The notes beneath the pieces were generated by a model. The model was not told the DNA's origin and did no database searches. It saw only the letters and a program-made list of their open reading frames with translations. 51,029 nt of DNA from positions 1-51,029 of the forward strand of contig CAZHQS010000001.1 of the NCBI GenBank assembly GCA_964534545.1, given 5' to 3'. The translations under genes were made by a program, and so were the position numbers. Positions 1 to 10,666 of the stretch are shown piece by piece; within the stretch, counting starts at the first letter, position 1, and each line of letters opens with the position of its first letter. This DNA comes from Candidatus Hydrothermarchaeota archaeon. GTDB lineage: Archaea; Hydrothermarchaeota; Hydrothermarchaeia; Hydrothermarchaeales; JAADFM01.

Positions 1-168
1 GCCTATCTGGTTATAGGCATTTTAAAGGCTAAGAAAAAGTTCTACTACCATCAGTCACTAAAAATCGATAAACTTTTAAAGGATAAGATTAAATTCAAGG
101 CAAAAACCAACTTGGTGAGAGGCAGTAGGATCTGTTAATTATAAAAGAAAGTATGGAGGTAAGGACAA

Positions 169-2190
169 ATGAGTGAGCAGATACTAATGGCGGGTGGAGC
201 CGGTGCTCTTGCTATCGCTTTCGCCATATACCTGACGGCCAGTGTGCTCAAAAAGAACCCGGGTAGCGAAAGGATGCAGGAGATCTCCAATGCCACAAGA
301 GAGGGAGCCATGGCATATCTCAAACGGCAGTATATGGCCGTGGCCGTTTTCGTCGTAGTTCTAGCAGCAGCCCTTGCCGTAGCTCCCGGTCTGGGGCCGA
401 AAAATGCTGTAGTTTATGTTTTGGGAGCTGTCCTATCCGCAGGTGCAGGATTTATAGGGATGAACATCGCCACCAGGGCCAACTCCCGGACGACCCAGGC
501 CGCTTCAGAGAGCCTCCACTCCGGTTTGAGGGTGGCATTCTCCAGCGGAGGCGTCATGGGCCTTTCCGTGGTGGGCCTTGGGGTTTTGGGAATAACCATA
601 GGTTATTTCATTCTTCAAGGGATGGTGGGCGATAATGCCGCAGACATTACCAAGGCCCTTGCAAGCTTCGGCCTCGGTGCTTCGTCCATCGCCCTCTTCG
701 CCAGGGTCGGCGGCGGTATCTTCACCAAGGCCGCTGACGTTGGTGCCGACCTGGTAGGTAAGGTCGAGGCAGGCATCCCCGAGGACGACCCGAGGAACCC
801 CGCCACCATCGCCGACAACGTGGGCGACAACGTTGGTGACGTGGCCGGGATGGGTGCCGACCTCTTTGAATCTTACGTGAACTCAATCATCGCCACCATG
901 GCCCTGGGTCTTGCAGCAGGCCTTGGGATGGCCGGTGTCGCAGCGCCAATGCTCATCGCAGGTGCCGGAATCGTCGCTTCCATTATCGGGACCTTCTTTG
1001 TTCGGACCAAAGAGGATGCGACAATGGGCGACCTGCTGTGGTCCCTGAGGTATGGCATCTATGGCGCCTCGCTGATCCTCATAGCATTCGCCTATGGTGT
1101 CGTGACATATCTCGGTATGGACATAAGGGTCCTGTACTCCGTGGTCGTTGGCCTGGTGGCCGGAAATGTCATCGGCTATTTCACCGAGTACTACACCTCT
1201 GCCGAGTACGGGCCTACCAAGAAGGTGGCCAAGGCTGCCGAGACAGGTGCCGGGACGGCGGTCATCAGCGGTCTTGCCGTTGGTATGCTTTCCACTGCCG
1301 TACCCGTCCTTACGGTGGTGGCAGCCATACTGTTGGCCTTTAAATTCATGGGCATGTACGGTGTGGCCATTGCTGCCGTTGGTATGCTCTCGACCCTCGG
1401 TATCACCCTGGCGACCGACGCCTACGGCCCTGTGGCCGATAACGCGGGTGGCATCGCCGAGATGACCGAGGACCTGGACGAGTCGGTTCGAAAGAAGACC
1501 GATGCCCTGGATGCCCTTGGCAATACCACAGCAGCCACCGGTAAAGGGTTCGCCATCGGTTCCGCTGCTTTGACTGCCCTGGCCCTCCTTGCGGCCTATT
1601 CGGCAGCCATAAAGGTCCTCACTGGAGAGGCGTTGATCATCGACCTCACGAACCCCACGGTTCTTAGTGGTCTCTTTATAGGCGCCATGCTGCCCTTCCT
1701 GTTCTCGGCCTTCACCATGAGCGCGGTGGGCAGGGCGGCCTTCGACATGATAAAGGAGGTCCGCAGGCAGTTCAGGGAGATCCCGGGGATCATGGAGGGT
1801 ACGGCCAAGCCGGACTACGCAAGCTGTGTCAGCATTAGCACGGCAGCAGCCCAGCGGGAGATGATCGCCCCCGGACTCATGGCGGTCCTTGCACCACTGA
1901 TCGTTGGGTTGGTCCTCGGTCCTGCGGCCCTCGGCGGTCTGCTGGCCGGTGCAGTGGCGGCAGGGTTCTGCATCGCCGTGATGATGGCCAATGCCGGCGG
2001 TTCCTGGGACAATGCCAAGAAGTACATCGAAGAGGGACACCTGGGCGGCAAGGGCTCCGATGCCCACAAGGCTGCCGTTACCGGGGACACCGTGGGCGAT
2101 CCCTTCAAGGACACCTCGGGCCCATCCATCAACATCCTGATAAAACTGATGTCGGTGGTGGCCCTGGTCTTTGCGCCCCTCTTCGTGTAG
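169..2190 (+). CDS. hppA: membrane-bound proton/sodium-translocating pyrophosphatase
   Basis: 673-aa polytopic ORF with motifs GGGIFTKAADVGADLVGKVE, DNVGDNVGD, GNTTAATGKGFAIGSAAL and DTVGDPFKDTSGPS, typical of M-PPases. GGAGG lies just upstream of the ATG. Confidence 0.95.
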   Translation: MSEQILMAGGAGALAIAFAIYLTASVLKKNPGSERMQEISNATREGAMAYLKRQYMAVAVFVVVLAAALAVAPGLGPKNAVVYVLGAVLSAGAGFIGMNIATRANSRTTQAASESLHSGLRVAFSSGGVMGLSVVGLGVLGITIGYFILQGMVGDNAADITKALASFGLGASSIALFARVGGGIFTKAADVGADLVGKVEAGIPEDDPRNPATIADNVGDNVGDVAGMGADLFESYVNSIIATMALGLAAGLGMAGVAAPMLIAGAGIVASIIGTFFVRTKEDATMGDLLWSLRYGIYGASLILIAFAYGVVTYLGMDIRVLYSVVVGLVAGNVIGYFTEYYTSAEYGPTKKVAKAAETGAGTAVISGLAVGMLSTAVPVLTVVAAILLAFKFMGMYGVAIAAVGMLSTLGITLATDAYGPVADNAGGIAEMTEDLDESVRKKTDALDALGNTTAATGKGFAIGSAALTALALLAAYSAAIKVLTGEALIIDLTNPTVLSGLFIGAMLPFLFSAFTMSAVGRAAFDMIKEVRRQFREIPGIMEGTAKPDYASCVSISTAAAQREMIAPGLMAVLAPLIVGLVLGPAALGGLLAGAVAAGFCIAVMMANAGGSWDNAKKYIEEGHLGGKGSDAHKAAVTGDTVGDPFKDTSGPSINILIKLMSVVALVFAPLFV

Positions 2191-2209
2191 AAGGGCCCTG
2201 GATAGGGAC

Positions 2210-2581
2210 ATGGCGTCCAAGAAACGGGTTTTCCTGGACGCCAACTTTTTCCTTTTACCCTTTCAGTTCGGGGTGGACATCTTCTCGGAACTTGCCAGGG
2301 TTGCACCGGGTTGTGATATCTGTACCATCTCCGGTGTGAAGGAGGAGCTTGAGGCCCTGGCGGCATCCAACAGGGATGCCAGCCCCGCCCTTGGCCTCCT
2401 GGAACAGGTGAAAATGGTCCACAGGGAAGGTCCTGTGGATGAGGCCCTTTTGAGCCTCGCATCCCGGCGGGACATCGTATGTACCAACGATAAAGTTTTA
2501 AAGGAGAAGATAAGAAGAAAGGGTGCGCCAGTTATATACCTCCGCCAGAGGAGGTATCTAGCGGTTGACGGCTATATTTAG
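2210..2581 (+). CDS. PIN-domain nuclease (Fcf1/COG1412-like)
   Basis: ATG at 2210 inside track ORF 2171..2581. N-terminal VFLDANFF and C-terminal CTNDKVLK acidic-residue pattern of PIN domains. It occupies the conserved archaeal position upstream of rpoE-spt4. Confidence 0.7.
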   Translation: MASKKRVFLDANFFLLPFQFGVDIFSELARVAPGCDICTISGVKEELEALAASNRDASPALGLLEQVKMVHREGPVDEALLSLASRRDIVCTNDKVLKEKIRRKGAPVIYLRQRRYLAVDGYI

Positions 2582-2596
2582 GATTAATTTAAGGAG

Positions 2597-3229
2597 TTGG
2601 TTAAAATATTCAAGCTGGTAACCCTTGAAGACCTGGTGAGGGTCCCCCCGGAGAGGTTCGGGAATCCCCTGGAGGATACCATAAAGGATATCCTGAAACG
2701 GGGCTATGACTTCAAGGGCCGACTGGAAGGGGGATACGAGGGAAAGCTCGACAAGGATCTGGGCATGATCCTCCTCATCCTGGAGATAAAGGACATCCAG
2801 GAGGGGAGCCTGATCCCTGGCGACGGTGGGGCATACCATCACGTGAGCTTCGAGGTCTTGACCTTCAAACCCGAGCTCCATGAGGTCTTGGATGCCGAGG
2901 TCATGGAGATCGTGGAGTTCGGGGCCTTCATCAGGTTCGGCCCTATGGACGGCCTCATACATGTCTCCCAGGTCACCGACGACTACATCGTCTACGACGA
3001 GAAGAGGGGTGCCCTCCTGGGCAAGGAGTCCGGCAGGGTCCTGCAGGCCGGGGATAAGGTCCGGGCCAGGATGGTGGCCCTGTCCCTGAACCCCGAGAGG
3101 TCCAAGGAATCCAAGATAAACCTCACCATGCGCCAGCCGGGCCTGGGCAAGTTCGAGTGGCTGGAGGAGGACAAGAAGAAGGGCAAAAAGGCGAAGAAGA
3201 AGGCCCCCAAGAAGGAGGCAAAGAAATGA
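2597..3229 (+). CDS. rpoE: DNA-directed RNA polymerase subunit E' (Rpo7)
   Basis: 210 aa with an N-terminal Rpb7-like fold and an S1 domain (GAFIRFGPMDGLIHVSQV), plus a Lys-rich tail. TTG start. Confidence 0.9.
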   Translation: MVKIFKLVTLEDLVRVPPERFGNPLEDTIKDILKRGYDFKGRLEGGYEGKLDKDLGMILLILEIKDIQEGSLIPGDGGAYHHVSFEVLTFKPELHEVLDAEVMEIVEFGAFIRFGPMDGLIHVSQVTDDYIVYDEKRGALLGKESGRVLQAGDKVRARMVALSLNPERSKESKINLTMRQPGLGKFEWLEEDKKKGKKAKKKAPKKEAKK

Positions 3230-3408
3230 AGGAAAAGGCCTGCAAGGAGTGCAACCGGCTCACCAACCTGGACATCTGCACCCTGTGCAAGTCCCCCACC
3301 TCGCAGGACTGGATTGGATACGTGAGGATCGTGGACCCCGAGAGTTCCGAGGTGGCCAAAAGGCTCCACATCACCACCAAGGGGAAGTTCGCCCTCAAGG
3401 TCAGGTAA
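3226..3408 (+). CDS. spt4: transcription elongation factor Spt4 (RpoE'')
   Basis: 60 aa reading MKEKACKECNRL..CTLCKS..DWIGYVRIVDPESSEVAKRL..GKFALKV, a zinc ribbon plus the Spt4 signature. ATGA overlap with the rpoE stop. Confidence 0.9.
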   Translation: MKEKACKECNRLTNLDICTLCKSPTSQDWIGYVRIVDPESSEVAKRLHITTKGKFALKVR

Positions 3409-3912
3409 ATGGAGACCATCAATATCCCGGAAAACCTGCGCACCCTCTTCAAGGAACCCTTTGGAGACCTCTTTGAGGGCGATGGCCTTGAACCAGCAAA
3501 AAGGGTCAAGGAACTCCTGAAGGACGAGCGTGTCATCGCCGTGGGCGATGTAACGGTGAGGAACCTCCTGGAGGTGGGTATCAGGCCCGCCCTGGCCATC
3601 GTGGATCTAAAGACCAAGCGGGAATCCCTGGAGGCATATGACCTGAAAGGGGAGATGGTCACCGCAAAAAATCCTCCCGGCCAGATAACGGCAGACCTCC
3701 AGGAGAAGATCCATGAGGCAATCACAAAGGACGGTATCATAATACAGGTGGACGGTGAGGAGGACCTGGCGGTCCTCCCCTGCATCCTGGAGGCCGACTG
3801 GGACTCGGTAATCCTCTACGGCCAGCCCTCCCGGGGCATGGTCATGGTCCGGGTTACCGAGGAAAGCAAGATGGTCGCCGCCACCATCTACAGGTCACTG
3901 TTATCCCTTTAA
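3409..3912 (+). CDS. DUF359 protein / GTP-dependent dephospho-CoA kinase
   Basis: 167 aa with VIAVGDVTVRNLLEVGIRPALAIVDLKTKR, typical of the COG1909/DUF359 family. Conserved position between spt4 and rps24e. Confidence 0.8.
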   Translation: METINIPENLRTLFKEPFGDLFEGDGLEPAKRVKELLKDERVIAVGDVTVRNLLEVGIRPALAIVDLKTKRESLEAYDLKGEMVTAKNPPGQITADLQEKIHEAITKDGIIIQVDGEEDLAVLPCILEADWDSVILYGQPSRGMVMVRVTEESKMVAATIYRSLLSL

Positions 3913-3927
3913 ACGGAGGATGTGAGA

Positions 3928-4283
3928 ATGGAAATCGATATCATTGAGGAAAAGGAAAATCCCCTCCTGGGAAGGAAGGAGCTGAAGGTAAAGGTGACCC
4001 ACGACGGGCCCGTCCCTGGAAGGGACCAGATAAGGAAAAAGATAGAGGCCCTACTGAATGCCAAGAAGAATACAGTCATCGTGGACACCATCAAACCCAG
4101 TTTCGGTGCGGGCGAGTCCCTGGGACTGGTTAAGGTGTACAAGTCAGAGGAACAGGCCAGGTCCATAGAGCCTGCCTACATCCTGGAGAAGAACAAGCCG
4201 GTAGAGGAGCCCATGGAAGAGGCCCCCGCCGCAGAAGGGGAAGAGGGCGAAGGATCATCCAAGGAGAAAAAGGAGGAAGAGTA

Positions 4284-4284
<1 letters not shown>
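3928..4284 (+). CDS. rps24e: 30S ribosomal protein S24e
   Basis: [23 protein letters not shown]... matches S24e. ATG at 3928 inside track ORF 3922..4284. Acidic C-terminal tail. Confidence 0.9.
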
Positions 4285-6018
<1,734 letters not shown>

Positions 6019-6078
6019 TATTTTATAGTATAAGGGCCCATTTTTACATGTGTGGACTCTGATTTCAGAGGGGATGGA

Positions 6079-8454
6079 ATGAGATACAATCTGCGGAAGG
6101 CAAGCCCATACGTTTTTTTGGTGCTGGCCATTCTTACAGTCGACATGGCATGGGCAGGCCACAACGAAGGTGGGAAGGGCACGGTCCTCACCGCCCAGTG
6201 GACCGATGAGCCCATCACCGTGGACGGCCTTGATTCCGAGGAGGCATGGGACCGGGCGAGGGCCATTATCATCCCTGTTGTGGATGGCAAGGTGGGGGAC
6301 GTGGACGTGGAGATGCGGGCCCTCTATGACTCCGAGTACATCTACTTCTTCGTCCAGTGGCCGGACCCCACCAGGAGCGATACCATCCTCTGGAACCGTT
6401 CCGGGGACCGGTGGTATCCCCCCGCCAAGACCACCGAAGACATCTTCTCCATCTTCTGGAACATCAACGAATCGGTCCAGGGCTACAACATCGCCGGCTG
6501 TTCCATTACCTGCCACGCCGACCGGATGCGCACCAACGAGCCCGGGGAGCTCCTGGACTACTGGAAGTGGAAGGCCGAGAAGGGCAACCCATCGGGCTAC
6601 ATGTGGGACGGCTATCTGGACCACACCCTGGTGGAGGAGGAGGAGTACATCACCACCCCCACGGGCCACAAGGTCCTCAAGACCTGGCACGCTCACAAGA
6701 TGGACGAGACCTCCCCTGGGTATGTGAAGGAGCAGGAGAATGCCCTCCTGGACGATGCCGGGAACTACCTGGGGCCCAGGTATTACATTGCCGAGGGGGA
6801 TACCAGCCATATAACGGCCTCTGATATAGGGGACAAGGCGGTGGAGGTGAAGTACGTCCATGGCACGCCTGTGGAGGTTCCGGCCGGGCTGGATGTCCCC
6901 TTCTACATCTCGGAAAGGCCCCCGGGAAGCGCCGGCGACATCGATGCCAGGGGGACCTACTCGGAGGGGATGTGGAACCTGGAGATCAAAAGGGCCCTCA
7001 GGACAGGCCATCCCGATGACGTCCAGTTTGATACCACGGCCCTCTACTGGTTCAGCATTGCGGTCAACGACGATTCCCACGGCGCTGCCAACGAGGGCAG
7101 GGGGAAGGGCCATTCCATCAGCCTCCTGGCCAAGGCCCTGGAGTTCGGGGGTCTGGGCTCGGAGGAAGTGGCGCACCTGAGCCTCTTAAGGGACTACCTC
7201 ACCACCGCCAGGGTATATGCGGCCCGGGGGGACTGGGGTCTGGCCACCTCCGAGATCAACTACGCCCTGGCCCTGCTGGGAGACGTCAGGAACGAGGTGG
7301 CAGCGGCGGACCCGCAACTCTACATCCATATAAAGGACCATTTCACCCTGGCCAAGAGGGCACCAACCCTGGAAAACATCGACGCCCTCATGGATGAGGT
7401 GGACCTGATGATCCTGACCCTCCAGGGTAAGAGGACCCCCCCCAGGCCGACCCTGACCCAGGCCCTCCTTGTGGCATGGGGCAAGGTCCAGCTTTATTTC
7501 TTCATCTTCCTGGCGGTCCTTGCCCTTTATCCCCTCTACAGGACGGTACAGACCGGCCGGAGGCCGGTCTTCAGGAAGATGAGCCTCTTCCTCTTCCTGG
7601 TCATTGTCCCAGTATTCCTGGAGGGCCTGGGCAGGCTTGGGACGGTGCTGGGGATCCCCTTCCTCTACCGGTTCAGCTTCATGACCTCGGAGGGTGCCAC
7701 CCTCCTCTGGGCCTTCCTGATGTTTTTGGCCCTCCTCATGGCAAGGGCTGGCTTCGCCGAGGTTGACAGGAACATCCAGATCCTGGAGGGCCACAGGGCC
7801 GAGCTGAGGAAGAGGGTCATGGAACGAACCAGGGAACTGGAAGAGACCAAGAATTTCCTGGAGAGCGTCTTCAACGGCATAGGGGAGGGGGTCATCGTCC
7901 TGGACCAGGACTACAAGATCATATCCGCTAACAAGATGTATCTCAAGATGGTAAACCGTTCCGAGGATGAGGTCCTGGGACAGCACTGCTACCAGATCTC
8001 CCACCTCCGGGACACCCAGTGCGGTGAAGCAGATCACCACTGCCCGGTAAAGGAGACCATCTCCACAGGGGAACCCTCCCGGGCCGTCCACACCCATTAT
8101 GACAGGGAAGGCAACGAGTACTATGTGGAGGTGAGCTCCTATCCCCTTCTGGACTCCGAAGGAAAGCTCAAATACATCATCGAGAGTGTCATTGATATCA
8201 CCGAGAAGAGGAAGCTGGAGCAGGAGAAGCTTGAGGCAAAGGATGAGACCATCCGTCAGATGAAGCGCCACGAGAAATACGTCTTCGATGTGGCCGACCG
8301 GCTCCGCAACCCCCTCCAGATCTTCATGGGCCACCTGGAGGACTTCGACACCTCAAACTTCGACCAGGAGCAGAAACGGAGGTTCCAGGTGATCCTGGAG
8401 GCCAGCAGGCTGGTGGAGGAGAATATCAAGAAACTCACGGAAAGGGACAGGTGA
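6079..8454 (+). CDS. transmembrane sensor protein: EB_dh/DOMON-like extracytoplasmic domain, 3 TM, Cys-rich PAS, degenerate DHp, no ATPase domain
   Basis: ATG 6079 starts a signal anchor (MRYNLRKASPYVFLVLAILTV). Outer-domain motifs: ITVDGLDSEEAWDRA, MRALYDSEYIYFFVQWPD, WNLEIKRAL. TM helices at about aa 470-570. PAS with GQHCYQISHLRDTQCGEADHHCP. The H-box-like FDVADRLRNPL has Asp where the His belongs, and the ORF ends about 50 aa later. Confidence 0.75.
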   Translation: MRYNLRKASPYVFLVLAILTVDMAWAGHNEGGKGTVLTAQWTDEPITVDGLDSEEAWDRARAIIIPVVDGKVGDVDVEMRALYDSEYIYFFVQWPDPTRSDTILWNRSGDRWYPPAKTTEDIFSIFWNINESVQGYNIAGCSITCHADRMRTNEPGELLDYWKWKAEKGNPSGYMWDGYLDHTLVEEEEYITTPTGHKVLKTWHAHKMDETSPGYVKEQENALLDDAGNYLGPRYYIAEGDTSHITASDIGDKAVEVKYVHGTPVEVPAGLDVPFYISERPPGSAGDIDARGTYSEGMWNLEIKRALRTGHPDDVQFDTTALYWFSIAVNDDSHGAANEGRGKGHSISLLAKALEFGGLGSEEVAHLSLLRDYLTTARVYAARGDWGLATSEINYALALLGDVRNEVAAADPQLYIHIKDHFTLAKRAPTLENIDALMDEVDLMILTLQGKRTPPRPTLTQALLVAWGKVQLYFFIFLAVLALYPLYRTVQTGRRPVFRKMSLFLFLVIVPVFLEGLGRLGTVLGIPFLYRFSFMTSEGATLLWAFLMFLALLMARAGFAEVDRNIQILEGHRAELRKRVMERTRELEETKNFLESVFNGIGEGVIVLDQDYKIISANKMYLKMVNRSEDEVLGQHCYQISHLRDTQCGEADHHCPVKETISTGEPSRAVHTHYDREGNEYYVEVSSYPLLDSEGKLKYIIESVIDITEKRKLEQEKLEAKDETIRQMKRHEKYVFDVADRLRNPLQIFMGHLEDFDTSNFDQEQKRRFQVILEASRLVEENIKKLTERDR

Positions 8455-8497
8455 CCGCATCAGAGAGGGTTTATATTGCACCAGGACAGTAGGTAAT

Positions 8498-9466
8498 ATG
8501 GATAAAAGAAGGTCCTATGCCATCGGCACCCTGGGTATCTTGCTGAACCTGCTCTACTGGGGCTTTGAGGCAGGGGAGTACGGGCTGGGGGGCCTTGTGG
8601 AGGACTTTTACAGGGCACCCACAGAGCATGTGGTCATCCTCGCCCAGATCCCCCTTTTTCTCCTGGTGGGGCGGGTCTTCTACCTCATGGAGAGGCGGGC
8701 CGAGGAGGTGAACAGGGTCAATGAGAGGCTCCAAAGGGAGATAGACCAGCGCAAGAAGGCCGAGGAGGCCATCAAAAACTATGCCCGAAAGCTGGAGGAG
8801 GTCAATACCATCAAGGATCTCTTCACGGATATCATGCGCCACGACCTGCTGAACCCGGCAGGGTCCATCAAGGTACTGACCGACCTTCTCCTTGATGGCG
8901 AGGAGGACCCTGAAAAGAGGGAGGTACTGGAGAAGATCCAGAAGAACTCCTCAAAGCTCATCGAGATGGTCGAGACCGCCTCCCTCTACTCGAAGCTGGA
9001 GGACGCAGAGACCCTGGCGCGCAGCCGCAGCGATCTCAACACCATCCTGAAAGACTGCCTCAAGGGTCTTGAAACCCAGCTTGAAAAGGCAGGGATGGAG
9101 GTCCTTTATTCCCTGGAGGGGGAGTATCCCGTCCAGGTGAACCCCATCATCGAGAACGTGTTCTCGAACTTCATCACCAACGCCATCAAGTACGCCTCCA
9201 CAGGGAAGAAGATTGAAATCGGTGTCAGGGATGGTGGGGACACGTGGCAGGTCTATGTCAAGGACTACGGAGAGGGCATCGCGGACCTGGACAAGGAGAA
9301 GCTCTTCACCAGGTTCCAGCGCCTGGGAAAGGAGGGGGTCAAGGGGACGGGCCTGGGCCTGACCATTGCCAAACGGGTGGTGGAGCTCCACGGCGGGCGC
9401 ATCTGGGTGGAAGACAATCCCGAGGGTGGGAGCATCTTCTATGTAGAGCTGCCGAAGGCCTCATAG
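8498..9466 (+). CDS. sensor histidine kinase (2 TM, HisKA, HATPase_c)
   Basis: 322 aa. H-box FTDIMRHDLLNPAGSI, N-box NFITNAIKY, G-boxes DYGEGI and GTGLGLTIAKRVVELHGGRIWVEDNPEGGSIFYVELP. Confidence 0.9.
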   Translation: MDKRRSYAIGTLGILLNLLYWGFEAGEYGLGGLVEDFYRAPTEHVVILAQIPLFLLVGRVFYLMERRAEEVNRVNERLQREIDQRKKAEEAIKNYARKLEEVNTIKDLFTDIMRHDLLNPAGSIKVLTDLLLDGEEDPEKREVLEKIQKNSSKLIEMVETASLYSKLEDAETLARSRSDLNTILKDCLKGLETQLEKAGMEVLYSLEGEYPVQVNPIIENVFSNFITNAIKYASTGKKIEIGVRDGGDTWQVYVKDYGEGIADLDKEKLFTRFQRLGKEGVKGTGLGLTIAKRVVELHGGRIWVEDNPEGGSIFYVELPKAS

Positions 9467-9571
9467 CGGTATTGGAGCGAAGAGGAAATACCGCAATCTG
9501 ATGATGCAACTTTCCCGGGGTAATATTCTTATACCGGGCGGGCCTAACAACACATAAGGTGGTGCCACATC

Positions 9572-10663
9572 TTGGATGCCTCTAGAAAGGAACAGTTTCT
9601 GTCCCAGATCGTGGAGAATACCGGTGATGCCATAATAGGCTTTGATCACCAGGGCAATATTAACTTCTGGAACAAGGGGGCCCAGGAGCTCTTCGGCTAC
9701 CGTAGGCTTGAAATCGAGGGACGGCCCTTCAAGATCCTTGTCCCCGAGGACCTGGAGGGGGAGTTTGATGAGATCTTTGAACGATTGAAGGACGGGGAGG
9801 TGATAAAGGGTATGGAAACAGAGCGGGTGGCCAAGGACGGATCCAGGTTATATGTCTCCACCACCTTGAGCCCCATCCTGGACGGGTGGAGGATCATCGG
9901 CTACTCGGCCATCATCAGGGATATCTCGGAGACAAGGGAGCTGAGGGCAATGTTGGCCAAGGCCCGGCAGCTCCAGCAGACCCTCTTCCTGACCGACAAG
10001 CTGGCGAGCCTCTCGGCCCTGGCAAAGGGGATCGCCCACGAGGTGAACAACCCCCTTACAGCCATAATGACCTATACCCAGCTCCTCCTGGAGGACCTTG
10101 GGAAGGTGGAGAAGGACCCTCAGAGGATGGAGAGGAGCCTTAGGAAGATAGAGGAGGATGTGAAGAGGTGCAAGAGCACCCTCAGGCTCTTCCTTGATAC
10201 CGCCGAGACCCCCGACGACATCACCAATATATCCCTGGTGGACCTCATGAAGAAGGTCCTGGCCTTCCAGGAGCAGAGGCTGGTGAACCAGGGGATCCAG
10301 GTGGAGGAGGAGGTGACGGACGTGAAGATCGAGGGAAGCGAGATCCGCCTCTTCCTGGTCTTCAACGGTATCCTTTCCAATGCCATCGAGGCCATGCCGG
10401 AGGGGGGGAGCCTCCGGTACACCATCAAGGAGGAGGACGAAAGGGCCATCATCACCATCAGGGACACCGGGAAGGGCATCCCTCCTGAGGACATCAACAG
10501 GATCTTTGACCCTTTCTTCACCACCAAGGAACTGGGCCAGGGATCCGGGGTGAGCCTGTACTTCTGCTACGATACTATTAAAAGGATGGGAGGTAATATA
10601 ATGGTTGAAAGCAAGGTTGGAGAAGGTTCCACCTTTATCATCCAACTGCCCAGGAAGGGTTGA
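9572..10663 (+). CDS. cytoplasmic PAS-domain sensor histidine kinase
   Basis: 363 aa. PAS (IVENTGDAIIGFD..WNKGAQELFGY), H-box GIAHEVNNPLTAI, and ATPase motifs DTGKGIPPEDINRIFDPFFTTK and GSGVSL. TTG start, so the start is uncertain. Confidence 0.9.
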   Translation: MDASRKEQFLSQIVENTGDAIIGFDHQGNINFWNKGAQELFGYRRLEIEGRPFKILVPEDLEGEFDEIFERLKDGEVIKGMETERVAKDGSRLYVSTTLSPILDGWRIIGYSAIIRDISETRELRAMLAKARQLQQTLFLTDKLASLSALAKGIAHEVNNPLTAIMTYTQLLLEDLGKVEKDPQRMERSLRKIEEDVKRCKSTLRLFLDTAETPDDITNISLVDLMKKVLAFQEQRLVNQGIQVEEEVTDVKIEGSEIRLFLVFNGILSNAIEAMPEGGSLRYTIKEEDERAIITIRDTGKGIPPEDINRIFDPFFTTKELGQGSGVSLYFCYDTIKRMGGNIMVESKVGEGSTFIIQLPRKG

Positions 10664-10666
10664 GGT

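Noticed and set aside
1-23. Hairpin GCCTAT-CTGGTT-ATAGGC followed by ATTTT at the window start, a possible terminator of an upstream gene.
   Set aside because: The stem is only 6 bp and the feature lies at the window edge with no upstream context, so it cannot be supported.
883-2244. 453-aa minus-strand ORF antisense to hppA. Similar long antisense ORFs occur at 4442..5344, 5827..7176, 7186..8334, 9848..10954, 11507..12373, 19795..20760, 27604..28692, 41276..42244 and 43933..45192.
   Set aside because: These are shadow ORFs typical of high-GC DNA. Their translations are low-complexity G/P/R/H/L-rich strings with no recognisable motifs, whereas the opposite strand encodes clearly recognisable conserved proteins in every case.
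6499-6516. C-S-I-T-C-H in the sensor outer domain considered as a c-type heme attachment site.
   Set aside because: The spacing is CX3CH, not the canonical CXXCH, and EB_dh-type domains bind heme b non-covalently. It is kept only as a note inside the sensor finding, not as a claim.
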